Shown here in pieces: positions 52,987 through 64,000 of a stretch of DNA of 64,000 nucleotides (position 1 is the stretch's first letter; each line of letters starts with the position of its first letter). Made by a program: the position numbers and the translations under genes. The stretch is from Eledone cirrhosa. Its lineage: Eukaryota. The DNA is taken from NCBI GenBank assembly GCA_964016885.1, contig OZ024746.1:37758001-37822000 (forward strand), in the 5' to 3' direction. The notes under the pieces were generated by a model. The model saw only the letters and a list, made by a program, of their open reading frames with translations. It had not been told where the DNA came from and ran no database searches.

Positions 52987-54012
52987 AAAAAAACTCGTTG
53001 AGAAAGTAAAACTCCGTTCCGCTTGCTCTAGTAGGCTTTTATATTTATATGTGAGCTGATAGAGTACAGTCTAAGGATTTACAGAAACCCATGAAGCTAG
53101 ATTTAACACCTGTCTAGTGGGTCCGGGTATGATTTTACATTCATTTAAATTATTGACGTATTGTTTTATTGATTTTTTTATCTGTTTGTCCCGAATCTTC
53201 CTTTATCGATTTTAAATCGTATGGTTGATTGTAGACTTGTTCTATATGTGACGGTATTTTAACGATAGTTATAGCTCTGATTCATCTGAATTATTGAGCC
53301 CTCTGCCGCTCATGTCGAATCTCGTTTATCGTGAACTCGTGCGCCGATTTTTCGATACTCGATCTTTCTAATAATATATATATATATATATATAAATATA
53401 CATATATATAACATATATATATTTAAATATATAAAAATATATATAGATGTGTGTATGTATGTATGTATGTAGGTAGGTGTGTATGTGTTCGAGAGAGAGA
53501 GAGAGTGGTTTAGAGAAAGTGGGCGTTACAAAGTGAATGAGGTAAAGATCAGGTTACATTGTAAGAGTGCTTGAGGGAGTATTTTGTGATCTGTTATTTC
53601 AAGTGTAATGGTAGAAACCCCTGGAGAGAAGCGAAACCCACTAATAAATATCTAACGACATATAATTAATCAACCTGTTTGGAAACGAACGGAAATATAT
53701 TTGCATAATCAACATTTATAAGAACGACTACGGTTCTTCTCGTATACTAAAACTGTTGATAATGTACCGATACACACATACTCACACACACATGCGCATT
53801 CACAATGTTGTTTAAAGTTGCACATATACTGTATATATATATGTATGTATATATACATACATATATGAATGTATGTATATTTATATATATATATATATAA
53901 GTTGAAAAAAATGAAAACGAAATTTCATTTCTCACTCTTAGTATGGCACTTAATTAAATGTAAGTATGTATGTATACGTACATACATATATGTATACAGA
54001 CGTACAGTAGCA

Positions 54013-54110
<98 letters not shown>

Positions 54111-54558
54111 TATACATACATGCACACAGGTACACATACATATATGCACGCATCAGTTTAGCCGACGTTTATTATAACGCAGCTTTGTTCGTTTGTTTGT
54201 CAACAAACAGAACAGCCTGAATTTATGCCATACGGTGTTAAGGCCACCACGTCACCTTTTTGTTCAACACTGACACAGGAACGATGTACTAGTTTGAAGC
54301 GTGTTAGCTATCATCAGCACCGGTTACCCATCTGCCAGATAGTTGAACGCTCGAAAGTATATACTTTCCTTATGAAAATTAACGGCTGAGCAGCCTAATT
54401 TGCATATTGAGTGAGTTAAATCGGTCAGGCATACCGAAAACGATAAGTTGAAAAAAATGAAAACGAAATTTCATTTCTCACTCTTAGTATGGCACTTACT
54501 TAAATGTAAGTATGTATGTATACGTACAAACATATATGTATACAGACGTACAGTAGCA

Positions 54559-54618
<60 letters not shown>

Positions 54619-54788
54619 TATACATACATGCACACAGGTACACATACATATATGCACGCATCAGTTTAGCCGACATTTATTATAACGCAGCTTTGTTCGT
54701 TTGTTTGTCAACAAACAGAACAGCCTGAATTTATGCCATACGGTGTTAAGGCAACCACGTCACCTTTTTGTTCAACACTGACACAGGA

Positions 54789-54831
54789 ACGATGTACTAG
54801 TTTCAAGCTTGTTAGCTATCGTCAGCACCGT
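54789..54831 (-). ncRNA. Minimal type I hammerhead ribozyme (representative intact family H copy)
   Basis: 6-bp stem I acggtg/catcgt, CTGACGA core, stem II agc/gct, GAAA, palindromic ACTAGT stem III, GUA cleavage site. Confidence 0.88.
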
Positions 54832-55069
54832 TTACCCATCTGCCAGATAGTTGAACGTTCGAAAGTATATACTTTCCGTATGAAAATTAACGGCTGAGCA
54901 GCCTAATTTGCATATTGAGTGATTTAAATCGGTCAGGCATACCGAAAACGATAAGTTGAAAAAAATGAAAACGAAATTTCATTTCTCACTCTTAGTATGG
55001 CACTTACTTAAATGTAAGTATGTATGTATACGTACATACATATATGTATACAGACGTACAGTAGCATGC

Positions 55070-55103
<34 letters not shown>

Positions 55104-55558
55104 ATATATATATACATACATGCACACAGGTACACATACATATATGCACGCATAAGTTTAGCCGACGTTTATTATAACGCAGCTTTGTTCGTTTGTTTGT
55201 CAACAAACAGAACAGCCTGAATTTATGCCATACGGTGTTAAGGCAACCACGTCACCTTTTTGTTCAACACTGACACAGGAACGATGTACTAGTTTCAAGC
55301 TTGTTAGCTATCATCAGCACCTTTTACCCATCTGCCAGATAGTTGAACGTTCGAAAGTATATACTTCCCTTATGAAAATTAACGGCTGAGCAGCCTAATT
55401 TGCATATTGAGTGAGTTCAATCGGTCAGGCATACCGAAAACGATAAGTTGAAAAAAATGAAAACGAAATTTCATTTCTCACTCTTAGTATGGCACTTACT
55501 TAAATGTAAGTATGTATGTATACGTACATACATATATGTATACAGACGTACAGTAGCA

Positions 55559-55618
<60 letters not shown>

Positions 55619-56069
55619 TATACATACATGCACACAGGTACACATACATATATGCACGCATCAGTTTAGCCGACATTTATTATAACGCAGCTTTGTTCGT
55701 TTGTTTGTCAACAAACAGAACAGCCTGAATTTATGCCATACGGTGTTAAGGCAACCACGTCACCTTTTTGTTCAACACTGACACAGGAACGATGTACTAG
55801 TTTCAAGCTTGTTAGCTATCGTCAGCACCGTTTACCCATCTGCCAGATAGTTGAACGTTCGAATGTATATACTTTCCGTATGAAAATTAACGGCTGAGCA
55901 GCCTAATTTGCATATTGAGTGAGTTAAATCGGTCAGGCATACCGAAAACGATAAGTTGAAAAAAATGAAAACGAAATTTCATTTCTCACTCTTAGTATGG
56001 CACTTACTTAAATGTAAGTATGTATGTATACGTACATACATATATGTATACAGACGTACAGTAGCATGC

Positions 56070-56109
<40 letters not shown>

Positions 56110-56564
56110 ATATATATATACATACATGCACACAGGTACACATACATATATGCACGCATAAGTTTAGCCGACGTTTATTATAACGCAGCTTTGTTCGTTT
56201 GTTTGTCAACAAACAGAACAGCCTGAATTTATGCCATACGGTGTTAAGGCAACCACGTCACCTTTTTGTTCAACACTGACACAGGAACGATGTACTAGTT
56301 TCAAGCTTGTTAGCTATCATCAGCACCTTTTACCCATCTGCCAGATAGTTGAACGTTCGAAAGTATATACTTTCCTTATGAAAATTAACGGCTGAGCAGC
56401 CTAATTTGCATATTGAGTGAGTTCAATCGGTCAGGCATACCGAAAACGATAAGTTGAAAAAAATGAAAACGAAATTTCATTTCTCACTCTTAGTATGGCA
56501 CTTACTTAAATGTAAGTATGTATGTATACGTACATACATATATGTATACAGACGTACAGTAGCA

Positions 56565-56632
<68 letters not shown>

Positions 56633-57092
56633 TACATACATGCACACAGGTACACATACATATATGCACGCATCAGTTTAGCCGACGTTTATTATAACGC
56701 AGCTTTGTTCGTTTGTTTGTCAACAAACAGAACAACCTGAATTTATGCCATACGGTGTTAAGGCAACCACGTCACCTTTTTGTTCAACACTGACACAGGA
56801 ACGATGTACTAGTTTCAAGCTTGTTAGCTATCGTCAGCACCGTTTACCCATCTGCCAGATAGTTGAACGTTCGAAAGTATATACTTTCCGTATGAAAATT
56901 AACGGCTGAGCAGCCTAATTTGCATATTGAGTGAGTTAAATTGGTCAGGCATACCGAAAACGATAAGTTGAAAAAAATGAAAACGAAATTTCATTTCTCA
57001 CTCTTAGTATGGCACTTACTTAAATGTAAGTATGTATGTATACGTACATACATATATGTATACAGACGTACAGTAGCATGCATATAAATATA

Positions 57093-58144
57093 CGTTAATT
57101 TATTAACCCGCCATTGAACCACATTGGCACTTGGTTGGACAATACATGCGTACCGTGGCGCCTTGTGCGTGAAGGGACGTATTTCATATTACTACTACCT
57201 CCACTAACGTTGAGAACAAACCGGGTCATTCCGACTGCTGCTGGCAACAGCGGTGGTTAGTTTGACCAACCTCCTTTTGCCTCTATCTTTGCTACCGCCC
57301 TTGATAAACCTGTTCTACATCATCCACTCTCATCCCAGGAACAGATTTTGATAGCGCTAGTTTGTGATTTAAATTCAGGAATTTTATATTCTTTGAATGA
57401 AAAGAACCTTCTGACGAGAATCTCTCTTTGCAACGAAGGCTGTATGGTCTACGTTTTATTTTTGGGATTCGAAACCGATCGGTAAAAGTAACTATAGTAG
57501 GTAAAGTCAATTTTTTAGAATTTATTTTGAAACTTTTTCATTATTTACTAAACCTTGTTTATATTTGTTCTGGCTCGTTAATTTATTAACCCGCCATTGA
57601 ACCACATTGGCACTTGGTTGGACAATACATGCGTACCTTGGCGCCTTGTGCGTGAAGGGACGTATTTCATATTACTACTACCTCCACTAACGTTGAGAAC
57701 AAACCGGGTCATTCCGACTGCTGCTGGCAACAGCGGTGGTTAGTTTGACCTACCTCCTTTTGCCTCTATCTTTGCTACGGCCCTTGATAAACCTGTTCTA
57801 CATCATCCACTCTCATCCCAGGAAGAGTTTTTGATAGCGCTAGTTTGTGATTTAAATTCAGGAATTTTATATTCTTTGAATGAAAAGAACCTTCTGACGA
57901 GAATCTCTCTTTGCAACGAAGGCCGTATGGTCTCCGTTTTATTTTTGGGATTCGAAACCGATCGGTAAAGGTAACTATAGTAGGTAAAGTCAATTTTTTA
58001 GAATTTATTTTGAACTCTTTCATTATTTACTAAACCTTGTTTATATTTGTTCTGGCTCGTTAATTTATTAACCCGCCATTGAACCACATTGGCACTTGGT
58101 TGGACAATACATGCGTACCTTGGCGCCTTGTGCGTGAAGGGACG

Positions 58145-58152
<8 letters not shown>
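57093..58152 (+). mobile_element. Second retrozyme-like array (483-bp unit, about 2.2 copies) nested in the (TA)n of family H unit 7
   Basis: Units start at 57093, about 57576 and about 58058. The host unit is interrupted at 'catgcatata' (57085) and resumes at about 58153. Confidence 0.88.
57889..57972 (+). ncRNA. Type I hammerhead ribozyme (second copy at 57406-57489)
   Basis: acctt-CTGACGA-gaatctc...gggattc-GAAA-ccgatcgg-TA-aaggt. Confidence 0.9.
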
Positions 58153-58181
<29 letters not shown>

Positions 58182-58570
58182 TATACATACATGCACACAG
58201 GTACACATACATATATGCACACATCAGTTTAGCCGACGTTTATTATAACGCAGCTTTGTTCGTTTGTTTGTCAACAAACAGAACAGCCTGAATTTATGCC
58301 ATACGGTGTTAAGGCAACCACGTCACCTTTTTGTTCAACACTGACACAGGAACGATGTACTAGCTTCAAGCTTGTTAGCTATCATCAGCACCGTTTACCC
58401 ATCTGCCAGATAGTTGAACAAAAAGGTGACGTGGTTGCCTTAACACCGTATGGCATAAATTCTGGCTGTTCTGTTTGTTGACAAACAAACGAACAAAGCT
58501 GCGTTATAATAAACGTCGGTTAAACTGATGCGTGCATATATGTATGTGTACCTGTGTGCATGTATGTATA

Positions 58571-58666
<96 letters not shown>

Positions 58667-59114
58667 TGCTACTGTACGTCTGTATACATATATGTATGTA
58701 CGTATACATACATACTTACATTTAAGTAAGTGCCATAGTAAGAGTGAGAAATGAAATTTCGTTTTCATTTTTTTCAACTTATCGCTTTCGGTATGCCTGA
58801 CCGATTTACCTCACTCAATATGCAAATTAGGCTACTCAGCCGTTAATTTTCATAAGGAAATTATATACTTTCGAACGTTCAACTATCTGGCAGATGGGTA
58901 AACGGTGTTGATGATAGCTAACAAGCTTGAAACTAGTACATCGTTCCTGTGTCAGTGTTGAACAAAAAGGTGACGTGGTTGCCTTAACACCGTATGGCAT
59001 AAATTCAGGCTGTTCTGTTTGTTGAGAAACAAACGAACAAAGCTGCGTTATAATAAACGTCGGCTATACTGATGCGTGCATATATGTATGTGTACCTGTG
59101 TGCATGTATGTATA

Positions 59115-59158
<44 letters not shown>

Positions 59159-59211
59159 TGCTACTGTACGTCTGTATACATATATGTATGTACGTATACA
59201 TACATACCTAC

Positions 59212-61349
<2,138 letters not shown>

Positions 61350-63210
61350 TATATAGATATATATATATATATATTAATAGTAATAATAATAAATGTGAAG
61401 ACTAAAATCGACTGGATAATATATATATATAAAATATATAAAACGAAGAGCAAGTATGTTCTTAAATAACATATTAAATTTTAAGCAAAGAATCGCTGCC
61501 TTCACCCTTAACGGGATCTTAGGGTGAAAGCAGCGATTATGAGTATACGAGTATATCGGTTTTCGTTCTTAGAAATGTGGATTATGAAAATATATATAAA
61601 CGACTATTTCTATTCTAATCCAAACGGGCTGACATATATATGAGCGCGAATATGATTAATTTAGTTAAGAATTTCTCCTTTCAACCGCATAGTTCTATAT
61701 TGATAGGTATTGTAAAAGAGCGGGAATAAACAGCATGAATGCGACTGAACACAAGAACATCGTTAGATTGTAACATGGTGTGAGCTATTTATTATAAATC
61801 GGTTTACTTGTATGTTATTTTTTGTCGGCCCTTAATTTATCAGAACCGCCTAACACTAATTACATTTTGGATGAGAACGTCTATCCTCATAACTTTAGAA
61901 AGAAATCCATCCTTCCTTCAGACATTCTATTAATACGTTACTTACTCTTTTTTTTATATTGCCGATTAATATATGTAATTCTTTATCGACTTGATTTTAA
62001 GTATCAAAACAAGAGAATAAATGGAGTATGAACCTTGTGCTGAATTCGTAGCCCTTTCAGAAAAAGGAACGGTGAGTCTTACTTAATCCGTATATGGTAT
62101 ATTATATATTACGATATATAGTATATGACGTGTAATTGGACGTTCAATATAATTTTGTGTCTGACTCTAAGTTATACAATAGAAATATGGATTAATTGAC
62201 ATGACAATGGTAATAAATAATGAATACTCTTTGATCGTTACATATTTGCATTAATACTTACATATAACGCCCATAGCATTATCAACCATATTGCTATACC
62301 ATACTCGTAACATATAGTTTTCTGCAATATGAAATATGTTGTGTTGTTTTCGGTTTCGTAATTTGGAACAGCATTGGTCCAGTCAAAGTAATTCTATGAT
62401 TGAAATAATTTAAATACTTTCAGCTTGTCTTTTTAATGATATGTAGGACAATAGATGTCGGTTCTTTACTTCAGACGGCAGTGTGTGTCATGAAAAAATG
62501 TGGATATTGCTTCTAGCTTCTTAAAACACAATTTTAAAGCTCCGATGTTTTTGTATGTTATGGCAAGTTATGTTGCAATAATGTTTGCTGTAAATTAATG
62601 TGAAGGGTCTTCATTATAAATACAGAACGTGTAAGTTTGTTTGAGTTGGCGTAATGACTATCGTTGCATTAATAAAAAGCGATAATGAATTTATTCCTAA
62701 AATGCACATATTGCGCCCGTTATTAAATACATTTAACAGTGTTATCCGAACACCCTTTTTAACGTATGCATGGGTTATGAGACACATATAATACGCCAAC
62801 ATCTCTCCATTTCAAATATCGAATGTAGCAATCATCGTCAGCATAGATTGGTAATTAAACTTGAAAATATGCATGAAAACGTTTTGCAGTTAATGTAAAA
62901 CTTATAAAATAATTCTGCATTGTTTCATCTATTTAATGAGTCAGTAAATGCAATGTTTTAAGCTGTAGAAATAATATTGGCACGAAATATGTTTTCAGAT
63001 ATTTTCAATCAACATGGCAACCATGCCAACTTGGAAGCTTAGACATAATATGACGACTGTTCAGTTCTGATCTGCAGTCAGATGAAACATTCCCCTTCTT
63101 TTCACTTCGAATTTTATTTCGCCACATTCTTTGCCTGCGAACTGGATGCACCTTCGTTATATCTGGACTGGTAATTGTATATCAAACTTCGCAAAAAGTT
63201 TCCTAATGCC

Positions 63211-63248
<38 letters not shown>

Positions 63249-64000
63249 AAATGTGTGTAATTCTTGGTACAGTTAGGTATATTAAGACAGGGGGGAAGAA
63301 AAAATGGCTTCACTTGTGCTTTCAACAAATTTATTTTCTTCACAAAATCCCAAAAGAATTTTTCTTAAAAAAAATTATTTTATAAATTAAGTTGTTGGTT
63401 GTTGGTTAGGTCTTAGGAGTTCTTGGTTAACGTAGGAGGTATTGTTTCGTTTTTAGAAAGACCTTTCACGCTGAGGTGCGCTTGTCAAACTGATGTGTAT
63501 GTGGTGTGTTGTTCTATATATAGGGATTTAACATGTCTGTGGTGTGGTAGGGGTTTCTTTTCTCCCCCTTTAATAAGTGCATGGGTGTAGGTGTGTTGAA
63601 AACGTGTTCATAGCAGGAATGAGTTGAGACGGTGAGTAGGGTTGGGTGGGGAGAAACTTAGCAAGTGCGGCCTGCCCCGGTCATTCTCGAAAAATTCCTT
63701 TATTCAGGGGAAAAAGCTTTTAGCATCGCTTTTGTGTTGAGAATAGTCACAGGCAAATCGCACCTGTCAAGCTTGTGAATAATTATTTTTTTCTTTTTTT
63801 CCGGAAGAATCTTTCTACGTCCATCCCAAAGTTGGTCCTTTGTTCAACACACACACATATATGTGTGCATATATGTACATACACACACGGGCATATGTAG
63901 GAATATATAGGCACACACCATCAATCACACACCCCTGTACAAATACATACACAAAAACATATAGAGACACATATAAAAACACACATACACATACGTACAC

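Larger units (their letters stand above)
53899..59215. mobile_element. Retrozyme-like tandem array (family H): 7 units of about 500 bp, sense on minus strand, plus inverted arm 58413-59215; one HHR per unit
   Basis: Units start at about 53899, 54446, 54954, 55446, 55954, 56452 and 56966. HHR acggtg-CTGA(T/C)GA-tagct..agctt-GAAA-ctag-TA-catcgt lies at 54281, 54789, 55281, 55789, 56287, 56801, 58352 (-) and 58902 (+). No coding capacity. Confidence 0.88.

Noticed and set aside
53899-58419. CRISPR array or ordinary satellite
   Set aside because: The context is eukaryotic, the units are near-identical 500-bp repeats without unique spacers, and there are no cas genes. An HHR per unit and defined termini favour a retrozyme.
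62440-63030. Highly decayed hAT transposase (TSDG, CSNHR and SDIFN-like words)
   Set aside because: Only isolated short words in different frames; not supportable without a profile search.

Overview
AT-rich eukaryotic (metazoan) DNA. The SINE core and the density of (TA)n tracts suggest a cephalopod/octopod, which is an inference. I found no host gene. The window is mostly retroelements sitting in (TA)n microsatellites. These include several families of Penelope-like elements (PLEs; RT plus GIY-YIG) of Naiad type and Neptune type, one with an intact 773-aa ORF. It also holds a decayed RTE LINE, CRE-like and CR1-like fragments, tRNA-type SINEs, and two non-coding tandem arrays of about 500-bp units with one hammerhead ribozyme (HHR) per unit (retrozyme-like), one nested in the other. 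By eye I count about 30 HHR or HHR-like motifs in about 12 families. The main pattern is that most PLE/HHR insertions are head-to-head fold-backs whose two outer ends are both element 3' ends abutting (TA)n. One end is 'long' and one is 'short', each fixed per family. In three Naiad-type families the short end lies 45-47 nt downstream of the predicted HHR cleavage site. All HHR folds and boundaries were read manually (error of a few nt) and none were computed.
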